Source: Myxococcota bacterium (GTDB lineage Bacteria > Myxococcota_A > UBA9160 > PR03). Taken from it: DNA of 27,841 nt. Made by a program: the position numbers and the translations under genes. Of the stretch, positions 16,261-25,301 are shown piece after piece. Under the pieces are notes generated by a model. It ran no database searches. It saw nothing but the letters and a program-made list of their open reading frames with translations, and had not been told where the DNA came from. The stretch's first letter is position 1. Each line of letters opens with the position of its first letter. The DNA lies in assembly GCA_041611735.1 (NCBI GenBank), contig JBFIML010000051.1, positions 1-27,841 of the forward strand, written 5' to 3'.

Positions 16261-16281
16261 GATCGGATAGAGTTTCCGATC
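16261..16281 (+). promoter_or_regulatory. Palindromic operator-like site enclosing a candidate -10 box of the thiolase operon
   Basis: GATCGGA-TAGAGTT-TCCGATC: a 7-bp perfect inverted repeat with TAGAGT in the spacer, ending 72 nt before the thiolase ATG. Confidence 0.45.
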
Positions 16282-16353
16282 GGGTCGCTGGCGCGCGCAC
16301 CTGGTTGGCTGCGGCCGCGGGAACACCACCCCACCGACGAAGGAATCCACAGC

Positions 16354-17589
16354 ATGGGCGAAGCCTGGATCGTAGACGCCGTTCGGACCCCGCGCGGCCG
16401 GGGCAAGAAGGAGACCGGGGCGCTCTCCGGCATCCATCCCCAGGAGCTGCTGGCCCAGACGCTGAACGCCCTGGCCGAGCGCACCGGCATCGAGCGCCGC
16501 CACGTGGAGGACGTGGTGGTGGGGTGCGTGAGCGAGGCGGGCGAGCAGGGCGGCTGCATCGCCCGCATGAGCGTGCTCGCCGCGGGCTGGGATCCCGAGG
16601 CGGCCACGGGCGTGACCTTGAACCGCTTCTGCGGCTCCGGTCAGCAGGCGGTGAACTTCGCCGCCCTCGGCGTCATGGCGGGGCAGCAGGATCTCGTCAT
16701 CGGAGCCGGCGTCGAGTCCATGTCGCGCCAGCCCATGGGAAGCGACGGGGCGGGCCTCGACGGCCACAACCGCCGGCTCCGCCAGTTGCATCCCCTGGTT
16801 CCCCAAGGCATCTCGGCGGATCTGATCGCCACCCTCGAAGGCTTCTCGCGCGAGGACGTGGACCGCTTCGCGGTGCGCAGCCAGGAGCTTTGTGCCGTGG
16901 CCCAGAAGGAGGGGCGGTTCGAGCGAAGCCTCGTCCCGGTGCGCGACGCCGAGGGCCGGGTCGTGCTGGACCACGACGAGCACCCGCGGGCCGGCACCAC
17001 CCTGGACGGGCTGGCCAAGCTGCCGGCCTCCTTCGAGCAGCTCGGCCAGTACGTGCAGAAGGGGGACACGCTCTCCTTCGACGCCAAGGCGAAGCAGCGC
17101 TACCCGCAGATCGAGCGCGTCAACCACGTCCACAGCGCCGGCAACTCCTCGGGCATCGTGGACGGCGCGGCGGCGGTGCTGCTGGCCTCGCCCGAGTACG
17201 CCCGGGCCCACGGCCTGAAGCCCCGCGCGCGCATCCTGGCCATGGCCACCGCCGGCGACGAACCGGTGATCATGCTGACGGCTCCCACTCCCGCCAGCCG
17301 CCGCTGTCTGGAGAAGGCGCGCATGGGGGTCGGCGACCTGGACCGGATCGAGATCAACGAGGCCTTCGCGGCCGTGCCGCTCAAGGTGATCCGCGACCTG
17401 GACATGGACCCCGACCGGGTGAACGGCAACGGCGGCGCCATCGCCCTGGGCCATCCGCTCGGGGCCACGGGCGCCATGCTGATCGGGACGCTGCTCGACG
17501 AGCTCGAGCGGCGCGACGAGACCACGGGCCTGGTCACCATGTGCATCGGCGGCGGCATGGGGATCGCCACGATCCTGGAGCGGATCTAG
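16354..17589 (+). CDS. Acetyl-CoA C-acyltransferase (thiolase)
   Basis: [17 protein letters not shown] (catalytic Cys), [39 protein letters not shown] and MCIGGGMG. Start set at ATG 16354 behind GAAGGA. Confidence 0.96.
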   Translation: MGEAWIVDAVRTPRGRGKKETGALSGIHPQELLAQTLNALAERTGIERRHVEDVVVGCVSEAGEQGGCIARMSVLAAGWDPEAATGVTLNRFCGSGQQAVNFAALGVMAGQQDLVIGAGVESMSRQPMGSDGAGLDGHNRRLRQLHPLVPQGISADLIATLEGFSREDVDRFAVRSQELCAVAQKEGRFERSLVPVRDAEGRVVLDHDEHPRAGTTLDGLAKLPASFEQLGQYVQKGDTLSFDAKAKQRYPQIERVNHVHSAGNSSGIVDGAAAVLLASPEYARAHGLKPRARILAMATAGDEPVIMLTAPTPASRRCLEKARMGVGDLDRIEINEAFAAVPLKVIRDLDMDPDRVNGNGGAIALGHPLGATGAMLIGTLLDELERRDETTGLVTMCIGGGMGIATILERI

Positions 17590-17593
17590 ACCC

Positions 17594-18682
17594 ATGATCG
17601 ACTTCGAGCCGACCGAGGAGCAGCAGCTCGTCATCGACACGGTGCGCCAGTTCGCCGCCAACGAGGTGCGGCCGCGGGCGCGGGAGTGCGAGGAGGCGGC
17701 CAAGCTGCCCGAAGACCTGCTGGCGCGGGCCCACGAGCTCGGCCTGGTGGCCAACGCCCTGCCGGAGTCCGTGGGCGGCGGGGGCGCGCGCAGCGCGGTC
17801 ACGTCCGCCCTGATCGCGGAGGAGCTGGCCTGGGGGGACCTCTCCCTGGCGCTGGCCATGCTCTCCCCCACCCTGCTCGCCCTGCCCGTGGCCGAGTTCG
17901 GGACCGAGGCCCAGCAGCAGGCGCTGCTGCCCCCCTTCCTGGAGCCCGGCTTCCGGCCCGGCTCGCTCGCCTGGGTGGAGCCCGCGCTGCGCTTCGATCC
18001 GCTGCGGCCGGCCACGCGTGCGCGCCGCCAGGGCGACGGCTGGGTGCTGGAAGGCGCCAAGTGCCTGGTCCCGTGGCTGGCGGGGGCCGACCCCCTGCTG
18101 GTGATGGCCGACGACGGCGGCTCGCCCCAGGCCTTCCGGGTCCCCCGCGACGCGGCGGGCCTCACCGCCACCCCAGAGCGCAACATGGGGCTGCGGGCGC
18201 TCCCCACCGTCGAGCTCGAGCTGCGGGACGTGCGGGTTGCCGCCGACGCCCGGCTGGGCGGCCCGGCGGGCGTGGACGGGCGGCGGCTGCTGGCCCAGGG
18301 CCGCGTCGGCCTCGCCGCCGCCGCGGTGGGCGTGGCCCGCGCGGCCTTCGAGACGGCGCGCGACTACGCCAAGCAGCGCCACGCCTTCGGCGTGCCCATC
18401 GCCACGAAGCAGGCCATCGCCTTCAAGCTCGCCGACATGGCCATCGAGATCGACGCGGCGCGCCTGCTGGTCTGGGAAGCAGCCTGGAAGCTCGATCGCG
18501 GCGAGGACGCCACCCGCGAGGCGACGCTGGCCCGCCGCCAGATCGAGCGGGTGGCCCTGGACGTGACCGACGGCGCGGTGCAGGTGCTGGGCGGCCACGG
18601 CTACATCCGCGACTACCTGCCCGAGCTGCTGCTGCGCAACGCGCGCGGCTTCACCTGCTTCGAGGCCCTCACCCTGGTCTGA
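17594..18682 (+). CDS. Acyl-CoA dehydrogenase family protein, short degenerate partner subunit (FadE24-like)
   Basis: EELAWGD, YAKQRHAFGVPIATKQAIAFKLADM, AVQVLGGHGY. It lacks the TEPxxGSD motif (WVEPALRFD) and ends FEALTLV without the EGTxxI helix. Confidence 0.88.
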   Translation: MIDFEPTEEQQLVIDTVRQFAANEVRPRARECEEAAKLPEDLLARAHELGLVANALPESVGGGGARSAVTSALIAEELAWGDLSLALAMLSPTLLALPVAEFGTEAQQQALLPPFLEPGFRPGSLAWVEPALRFDPLRPATRARRQGDGWVLEGAKCLVPWLAGADPLLVMADDGGSPQAFRVPRDAAGLTATPERNMGLRALPTVELELRDVRVAADARLGGPAGVDGRRLLAQGRVGLAAAAVGVARAAFETARDYAKQRHAFGVPIATKQAIAFKLADMAIEIDAARLLVWEAAWKLDRGEDATREATLARRQIERVALDVTDGAVQVLGGHGYIRDYLPELLLRNARGFTCFEALTLV

Positions 18683-18692
18683 GGAGGATTCC

Positions 18693-19910
18693 GTGCCGAT
18701 CTCCTTCGATCCCACCCCGGCCACCATCGACGCCCGCGAGCGCATGCACCGCATCGCCGTGGAGCAGATGCGCCCGGTCTCCCGCAAGTACGACGAGCAC
18801 GAGCACGAGATGCCCTCGGAGTTCGTGCGCTTCTGGTGGGAGCGCGGACGCATGGAGCGCGGACGTGGAGAGGGGCCAGGGGACGGCTGGGTGCAGGTGT
18901 GCGTGCAGGCGGAGGAGCTGTGCTGGGGCGATGCCGCCCTCTACCTGCGCATCCCGGGTCCGGCCCTGGGCGGCGCGGCGGTGGCGGCGGCGGGCACCGC
19001 GGAGCAGAAGCAGCGCTTCCTGGCCCCGTTCGGCAGCGGCGAGCCCAAGTGGGGCGCCATGGCCATCACCGAGGCCCAGGCCGGCTCGGATGCCGCCGCC
19101 ATCCAGACCACGGCGCGGCTCGAGGGCGACGAGTGGGTGCTGAACGGCACCAAGATCTTCTGCACCGCCGGCGAGGCGGCGGCCACCCAGCCGGGCGGCT
19201 TCGTGGTGGTGTGGGCCACCGTGGACAAGAGCGCCGGCCGGGCCGGCATCAAGTCGTTCGTCGTGCCGGCCGGGACACCGGGCATGAAGGTGGGGGGTCT
19301 CGAGAAGAAGCTCGGGATCCGAGCCTCCGACACGGCCACCCTCGTGCTGGAGGACTGCCGGGTCCCGCGGGAGAACCTGCTGGGAAGCGCCGAGGTCAAG
19401 AAGAAGGACGCCAAGAAGTCCGGCGACAAGGGCTTCAAGGGCGCCATGGCCACCTTCGACGCGAGCCGGCCCATCGTGGCCGCCATGGCGCTCGGGGTCG
19501 GCCGGGCCGCCCTCGACTTCGTCAAGGAGGAGCTGGCCAAGCAGGGCTTCGCGCCGCGCTACGACGCCCCCGCCCATGCCCTGGGTGCCGTGGAGCGCGA
19601 CCTGATGGAGATGGAGGCGGAGCTCCAGGCGGCGCGCCTGCTCACCTGGAAGGCGGCCAAGATGATGGACCACGGCCGCCCCAACAACCTGGAGGCCTCC
19701 ATGGCCAAGGCCAAGGCGGGGCTGGCCGTCACCCGCATCACCCAGAAGGCGGTCGAGCTGCTCGGCCCCCTGGGTTATTCCCAGAAGCTGCTGGTGGAGA
19801 AGTGGATGCGGGACGCGAAGATCAACGACATCTACGAAGGCACGCAGCAGATCAATCAGCTCATCGTGGCGCGCCGCATCCTCGACTATCCGTCGAGCAT
19901 GCTGCGCTGA
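18693..19910 (+). CDS. Acyl-CoA dehydrogenase (FadE23-like catalytic subunit)
   Basis: AMAITEAQAGSD, LNGTKIF, EKKLGIRASDT, EASMAKAKAG, EKWMRDAKINDIYEGTQQINQLIVARRIL. SD GAGGAGG precedes GTG. Confidence 0.93.
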   Translation: MPISFDPTPATIDARERMHRIAVEQMRPVSRKYDEHEHEMPSEFVRFWWERGRMERGRGEGPGDGWVQVCVQAEELCWGDAALYLRIPGPALGGAAVAAAGTAEQKQRFLAPFGSGEPKWGAMAITEAQAGSDAAAIQTTARLEGDEWVLNGTKIFCTAGEAAATQPGGFVVVWATVDKSAGRAGIKSFVVPAGTPGMKVGGLEKKLGIRASDTATLVLEDCRVPRENLLGSAEVKKKDAKKSGDKGFKGAMATFDASRPIVAAMALGVGRAALDFVKEELAKQGFAPRYDAPAHALGAVERDLMEMEAELQAARLLTWKAAKMMDHGRPNNLEASMAKAKAGLAVTRITQKAVELLGPLGYSQKLLVEKWMRDAKINDIYEGTQQINQLIVARRILDYPSSMLR

Positions 19911-19919
19911 GGGGTGTCC

Positions 19920-20180
19920 ATGTCCGTCAGCCCGGAGCTGCTGGAGATCCTGGTCTGTCCCGAGACGAAGCAGCCGGTGCGGTCGGCGCCGCCGGAGCTG
20001 CTGGCGCAGCTGAACGCGCGCATCCGCGCCCGGACCCTACGCAAGCGGGGCGGCGAGCCGGTGGAGAAGGAGCTCGACGAGGCCCTGCTGCGGGAGGACG
20101 GTCGCGTCCTCTACCCGGTGGACGATGGCATCCCCGTGATGCTGATCGAGGAGTCGATCGAGGTCGGGGAGGCCGGGTGA
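19920..20180 (+). CDS. Trm112-like (YcaR/UPF0434) protein, long form
   Basis: LLEILVCPETKQP ... YPVDDGIPVML.EE. ATG 19920 is preferred over GTG 19914. Confidence 0.88.
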   Translation: MSVSPELLEILVCPETKQPVRSAPPELLAQLNARIRARTLRKRGGEPVEKELDEALLREDGRVLYPVDDGIPVMLIEESIEVGEAG

Positions 20181-21631
20181 GCCTGCGCCGGGCGCCCCTC
20201 GCCCTCGCGCTCGTCCTGGCGGCGGGCGCCCTTGCGGCCCGCGCCGAGCTCCCGCCCGAGAACACCTGCCCCGCCCTCTCCGGCGGCCCCGCCGCCGAGA
20301 GCGCCGAGGACACGGGCCCGACGCTGCTGCGCGAGGGCACCGTGCTCGGCATCCGCGACCTGCTCTCGCTGCGGGATCTCGTCCCCCGCGAGGTCTGGAC
20401 CCATCGCGAGGCCTTCTTCTTCGAGGGCATGCGCATGGAGATCGGGCCCTGCCACCGGCGCTACCCCGTCGGCGCCTGGTATGCGGAGGCCACCGATCGT
20501 TTCGCCGGGCGCGCCTGGATCGACGACCAGGGAAACCTGCGCGACTACGTGGCCGGCCTCCCCTTCCCCTTCGAAGCCATCGATGTTGCGGCCCCGGACG
20601 CGGGCATCCGCTGGGCCTGGAACTTGGAGCAGCGCTACCGGGGTGCCGGGCCCCTGGGGAGCTTCCGCATCACCGACCTGCCGAGCCGGATCGGCTCCGT
20701 GGAGACCTACACCGGCAGCTTCTACTTGGTGCGCACCGGCCACCGCGCGGACCTGGCCGCCAGCGACTACACGGTCCCCGAGGCGAAGCAGAAGGTCTGG
20801 GTGGCCGGGGGGCGCTTCGACGAGCCCTTCAACGCCCGCCACCTGGCCTGGCGCCAGCTGCGCCCGGTGCGCTCCGAGCAGCGCTACCAGGAGCCGGACG
20901 ACACCTTCGTCTACGTGCCCACCATGCGCAAGGCCCGGCGTGCCGCCACCGCCTGGGTCGATGGGCTCTACACGCCGCGCTACACGGTGAGCGGCACCGA
21001 CGGGGGCGGCGGGGGCGTGCCCTTCGGCGCCGGTCCCTACGGCCCGACGGACACCATCCAGCCCACCGCCGGCCTCTCGATCGCCGCCACCGAGAACCTG
21101 CGCAAGGGTTTCGTGGGCGTCTCGCTGCGCCCCAACGCCTACGTGTGGAAGCTGGCCGGCGAGCGCGACGTGCTGGCGCCACTCAACGGGACGACTCCCG
21201 GCTACCCGACCAGCGAAGAGCGCAACTTCGGACCGAGTGGCCTCTCGGTGGCCAGCGACCGCTGGGACGTGCGCCGCGCCCTGGTCCTGGAGGGCCGGGC
21301 GCGCCGGGTGGTGGACGAGGTGGCCTGGCTCGTGCTGTGGGTGGACGTCCAGACCCAGCAGCCGCTCTACGTGATCACCCGGCGACCCAACGGGCTGCTG
21401 CTCGAGGTGGGGATCCTGGTGCATCGCTTCAGCGGCGACCTGCCGAGCTATCCCGACTGGCCGGGCGGCGGGAAGGCGAACGTCTTCGACCCGGTGGCCG
21501 CGAGCTTCTACACCGCGGCGGAGGGCGGCAGCGGCTGGCGCCGCGAGTCCTACGACCTGGTCTCCGTGCCGCCGGAGGACGGGAAGATCCGGCGCCTGGT
21601 CTCCACCGATCCGCTGCTCCAGGGCCGCTGA
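20177..21631 (+). CDS. Exported DUF1329-family protein (LolA-like lipid-carrier-related fold)
   Basis: GTG 20177 overlaps the Trm112 stop (GTGA). Signal peptide MSLRRAPLALALVLAAGALAARA; YVAGLPFP...PDAGIRWAWN; DDTFVYVPTMRKARR; YVWKLAGERDVLAP; WDVRRALVLEG; LVLWVDVQT. Confidence 0.75.
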   Translation: MSLRRAPLALALVLAAGALAARAELPPENTCPALSGGPAAESAEDTGPTLLREGTVLGIRDLLSLRDLVPREVWTHREAFFFEGMRMEIGPCHRRYPVGAWYAEATDRFAGRAWIDDQGNLRDYVAGLPFPFEAIDVAAPDAGIRWAWNLEQRYRGAGPLGSFRITDLPSRIGSVETYTGSFYLVRTGHRADLAASDYTVPEAKQKVWVAGGRFDEPFNARHLAWRQLRPVRSEQRYQEPDDTFVYVPTMRKARRAATAWVDGLYTPRYTVSGTDGGGGGVPFGAGPYGPTDTIQPTAGLSIAATENLRKGFVGVSLRPNAYVWKLAGERDVLAPLNGTTPGYPTSEERNFGPSGLSVASDRWDVRRALVLEGRARRVVDEVAWLVLWVDVQTQQPLYVITRRPNGLLLEVGILVHRFSGDLPSYPDWPGGGKANVFDPVAASFYTAAEGGSGWRRESYDLVSVPPEDGKIRRLVSTDPLLQGR

Positions 21632-21654
21632 CCCGCCCGGCCCCTCGGGCCCCC

Positions 21655-24600
21655 TCAGAACGAGTAGCGGACGCGCAGGAAGATCTCGTCGCGGTCGCGG
21701 ACCGCCGACAGGCCGTTCTCCCAGAAGGACTTGTAGGCGTCCCCCCCGACCCGGTTGCGGTGGGTTCCGATCGGGCGCAGCTCCGTCGGCCGCTCGTCCC
21801 AGCCGCCGAAGAAGAGGTTCAGGCCCACGGTGGCCGAGAAGTTCTCGGTGAAGCGATAGATCACCTGGGGCAGGAAGCCCCCGGAGTTCGACTCGAAGTC
21901 GTAGACCCCCGTCACGAAGGTGAGCAGCCGGTCCTGGGAGTAGCCGGTGAAGACGGTGAAGGTCGCCAGCATGTTGAAGGGGCCGGTGGTGATGAAACCC
22001 CTCTGGTAGCCATCCACGTACTGGAAGAACCACTGGGTGTTGAACAGGAAGGTGCGGTTCGGGTTGAGGAAGTTGATGAACGTGGGCCGGTCCGCGGAGA
22101 GGGTGAGGTTGAAGGTGTCGGCGGTAGTGCGCTGGTCCTCCTGGTTGACGTCCAGGAATTGCAGCCCCTCGATCCAGGTGGCTTCGAGGCTCCAGTTGGA
22201 CTTGCTTCGGTCCTCGGCGAAGTCCAGGGCGAACCCGAGCACGTTGCGCCGCTCGTAGCGCAGCACGGCGGTGCCGCCGCTATGCCACTGGAAGTCGCGG
22301 CGACCGAAGCGCTCGTTGCCCGCCGCCCGCAGCGAGTTGCGCTGCACGCCGCTCAGGTTGAAGAGGCCGATCACCGCGAAGCAGAACTGGGGGCGCCGGA
22401 AGCTGCAGGCGTTGTCGGGGCGGCCCAGGCCGAAGGGGTCGTCGATGTCGAACTCGCTCAGCAGGGGGTCGTCCGGGGTCGGCGTCACCGCGAAGTCGCG
22501 CGGCGAGGAGAAGGACACCAGGGCCTGGAGGAAGTTCCAGGACAGGGCCGACATCTCGCTGGCGAAGGGCTGGCCCACCGCCGGCCCCAGGGTGTTGGTC
22601 CCGTCGATCACGGTGCCGGGGATGGCCAGGGTGGCCGCCCCGGCGCACTCGGGCGAGCCGTCGTCCCGGGCACAGCCGTCCACCAGGGGATCGTAGGCGC
22701 CCGACGCGTTGGGGATGCCGTACAGGGTGCGCAGCACGTCCTCGTTGTAGTCGGGGCCCCGGCAGCCCGGCAGGATGAAGAGCTGGCCGTCCTCGAAGCG
22801 GGTGCAGGGGGAGCCGGCCGTACCGGAGAGCACGAAGTCCTGGGTGCCGGCCTGCGGGCGCCCGTCGACCACCCAATCCCCGAAGGTGCCCTCGAAGCCG
22901 GGCCAGGACTGCATGATGGCGCTGGTCTCGACCAGGCCGAGGTCGATACCGTCGTCGTCGCAGTGTGTGCCCCAATGGGGGCCGCAGCCGAGCAGGGCCT
23001 CCTGCTGGGGGGTGAGGCGCTGGCCCAGGGTCTCGTCCAGGGCGGCGAACTGGCTGAAGCTCGGGTCAACCGGGTTCTTGCGGGCGGGCGGGCCGAAGTC
23101 GCTCCCGGGCGTGGCGTCGCCGGGATCGCGGTTGAGCTGGATGAGGGGAAGCGTGATGCCGGGGATCAGTCCGCTCGGCAGCGCCAGGGCCGTGCGGGCC
23201 GAGGGGCTGCCGGCCAGCACCGCCGAGAACAGCTGGGCCAGGGTGAAGAAGCCCTGATCCGACTGGCTGTTGAATACGTTCTGGCCGCACGACTCCGGCG
23301 CCACGTCGCTGGCGCCGAAGCTGGTGGCGCAGACCATGGCGAAGAGCCACTGGTTCACCGAGGCGTTCGCCAGCAGGTCGAGGCGCTGCTCGTGGGGGAT
23401 CGCGATCGAGCCCGGGTCGGCGTCCGGGTTGCAGCGCGGGTCGTCGGGCGCAACGCCGTCGCAGTCGAGATCGCCGAAGCGGTCCGGGTTGCCGTCGCCG
23501 TCCAGGTCGGTGAAGGGATTGCCCGCCGGCGAGGCCGGGTTGAGTGCCACACCGAGACAGGCCGGCTCCGCCCCGGTCACGCAGGCACCGCGCAGGTTGA
23601 GCCGTCGCGGACGGCCGCTCTCCGGGTCCACGTTGCGCTCGAAGTCGAAGATCTTGTCGGCGAAGGGGAAGTCGTTGTAGCCGTAGAAGTCCGAGAGCTG
23701 GAAGCTGAAGCGGCCCCAGCGCCACTCGAGGCGGGCGCCGGCCTCGATGCCCTTGAAATCGTTCCAGGGGTCGGGGGGACGCACCTCGCCGGCCAGGCCG
23801 ACGCCCGTGAGCCCGTAGGCGAACAGCCCGAAGGTCTTGTCGCACACCGGGTTCGGGGAGAAGGGCTCTCCGCAGCGCCCGAGGTCCGCCGGCTCGAACT
23901 GGTCGTAGTTGAAGGCCATCTCCAGACGCAGGTCCTCCAGGGGACCCACGCTGTAGAAGGACCAGACGCCACGCAGGGCCCACAGCGCGATGCGCGACTC
24001 CTCCAGGGAGGGCAGCGACGCCAGCGCCAGGTCCTGGGGGTTGAACTGATCGGTGGTGCGGAAGAGCTCCGTCTTGCCCCACACGATGCTCTGCTTGCCG
24101 CCGCGGATCCAGAGCCGGCTGTCGAACATCTCGAGATCGACGTAGAGCTCCTTCAGCTCCTTCTCGTCCTGCTGGCTGGCGCCGCGATTCCACTCGAGCT
24201 CCGCCTGCCGGAAGTTCTGGTCGAAGGAGCCGAGATCCCCCTGCCGGATCAGGCGGGCCAGCTCGGGGTTCGGCAGGAAGATGCCCTGGGCGTCGTGCGG
24301 CGCGGCGCGCGCGGCGGGATCCAGGACGCCGGTGGCCACCAGATCGGGCCGCGGCGTGCCATCCGCCGCCAGGAAGAGGGGTGCCGGCCGGAAGGGCAGC
24401 TCGTTCGAGCCGCCCAGCACGCCGAACACGTTGGCGCTGGCGTCGTCGGCAGTGCCCTTGATCTGATCGGGACCGAAGAGCACCGGGTTCTCGTCGAAGG
24501 GGTTCAGGGGATTCGGCTTGCCCCGCAGCCGCCCGATCGGCTGCACCTTGCAGCCCGGGTTCCAGGGGCCCTGGGAGCGGAACGGATCCAGGCCGCCGTC

Positions 24601-25284
24601 GAAGCCCTTGAGCTTGCGGGCATTGAAGACGCAGTTGCGCAGGATTTCGTCGTAGACGAAGGGCGAGGGGTCGTCGCCGGTCTCCACCACGCCGTCGGGC
24701 CCGGCGATGCCGAACAGGATCGAGAAGCCCGGCGTCTGGAAGAACTGCAGCGGGGCCCGCGTGTCACCGCGCGGCACGTTCAGGAAGCCGTAGTCCGCCT
24801 CCACCTGGCCGACGCCGGCGTAGCCACGCCGGTCTCCCAGCTGGAGCTGCCCGGTGAAGCCCGAGCGGCGCTGGTCGATCACCCGCTTCGGCAGGTGCTC
24901 GGCGCGGTCGCCGAAGGCGTTCACGCTGGGGAACAGGCCACAGCCTCGGGTCCAGACGCAGTCGTAGCGGGCTTCCAGGCGGCTGAAGAAGGAAACCAGA
25001 TCCAGGGGCCCCCAGCCCGCCGGGGCGGCCTCCCACTCCACCTCCAGGTTCAACACGTGGTACCACTGGGCCAGGTCGAGGTCGTCCGTCGGGTCGAAGT
25101 CCCGCGACAGGCCGCGGATCTGCTCCTCGAAGAAGCCGTGGACCTGGAGCTTGCCGTCCAGGAACTCGAAGGCCTGGCCGGAGAGCGGCGCGCCGACGGC
25201 CAGGAGGAGGAGCAGCAGCCCGGCCGCGCGCCCCGCGCGCGGCCCCACCGGGCCTCCGTCCCCTCGCCTGGGCCTGCGCCGCAT
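21655..25284 (-). CDS. Large (1209 aa) DUF1302-like outer-membrane beta-barrel protein, paralog 1
   Basis: Signal peptide (LLLLLLAVGAPLSGQA-FE), LKELYVD...LWIRGGKQSIVWGK...DQFNPQD, amphipathic strands and C-terminal beta-signal RDEIFLRVRYSF. Start is ATG 25284 or in-frame GTG 25248. Confidence 0.75.
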   Translation of the reverse strand: MRRRPRRGDGGPVGPRAGRAAGLLLLLLAVGAPLSGQAFEFLDGKLQVHGFFEEQIRGLSRDFDPTDDLDLAQWYHVLNLEVEWEAAPAGWGPLDLVSFFSRLEARYDCVWTRGCGLFPSVNAFGDRAEHLPKRVIDQRRSGFTGQLQLGDRRGYAGVGQVEADYGFLNVPRGDTRAPLQFFQTPGFSILFGIAGPDGVVETGDDPSPFVYDEILRNCVFNARKLKGFDGGLDPFRSQGPWNPGCKVQPIGRLRGKPNPLNPFDENPVLFGPDQIKGTADDASANVFGVLGGSNELPFRPAPLFLAADGTPRPDLVATGVLDPAARAAPHDAQGIFLPNPELARLIRQGDLGSFDQNFRQAELEWNRGASQQDEKELKELYVDLEMFDSRLWIRGGKQSIVWGKTELFRTTDQFNPQDLALASLPSLEESRIALWALRGVWSFYSVGPLEDLRLEMAFNYDQFEPADLGRCGEPFSPNPVCDKTFGLFAYGLTGVGLAGEVRPPDPWNDFKGIEAGARLEWRWGRFSFQLSDFYGYNDFPFADKIFDFERNVDPESGRPRRLNLRGACVTGAEPACLGVALNPASPAGNPFTDLDGDGNPDRFGDLDCDGVAPDDPRCNPDADPGSIAIPHEQRLDLLANASVNQWLFAMVCATSFGASDVAPESCGQNVFNSQSDQGFFTLAQLFSAVLAGSPSARTALALPSGLIPGITLPLIQLNRDPGDATPGSDFGPPARKNPVDPSFSQFAALDETLGQRLTPQQEALLGCGPHWGTHCDDDGIDLGLVETSAIMQSWPGFEGTFGDWVVDGRPQAGTQDFVLSGTAGSPCTRFEDGQLFILPGCRGPDYNEDVLRTLYGIPNASGAYDPLVDGCARDDGSPECAGAATLAIPGTVIDGTNTLGPAVGQPFASEMSALSWNFLQALVSFSSPRDFAVTPTPDDPLLSEFDIDDPFGLGRPDNACSFRRPQFCFAVIGLFNLSGVQRNSLRAAGNERFGRRDFQWHSGGTAVLRYERRNVLGFALDFAEDRSKSNWSLEATWIEGLQFLDVNQEDQRTTADTFNLTLSADRPTFINFLNPNRTFLFNTQWFFQYVDGYQRGFITTGPFNMLATFTVFTGYSQDRLLTFVTGVYDFESNSGGFLPQVIYRFTENFSATVGLNLFFGGWDERPTELRPIGTHRNRVGGDAYKSFWENGLSAVRDRDEIFLRVRYSF

Positions 25285-25301
25285 CCGCTCGCTCCGCGCG
25301 G

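Noticed and set aside
10891-18207. 2438-aa minus-strand ORF
   Set aside because: Only 10891-12270 (actC) is real. The rest is an off-frame or antisense shadow of actB, actA, thiolase and ACAD, with Arg/Gly/Pro-rich composition typical of stop-poor GC-rich DNA.
18839-18865. 12-bp direct repeat GGAGCGCGGACG inside the second ACAD
   Set aside because: In-frame micro-duplication (ERGR-M-ERGR) in a variable loop; no sign of a mobile element or array.
18836-20176. N-terminal part of the 931-aa ORF
   Set aside because: Off-frame overlap with the ACAD and Trm112 genes. The real protein starts at GTG 20177 with a signal peptide.
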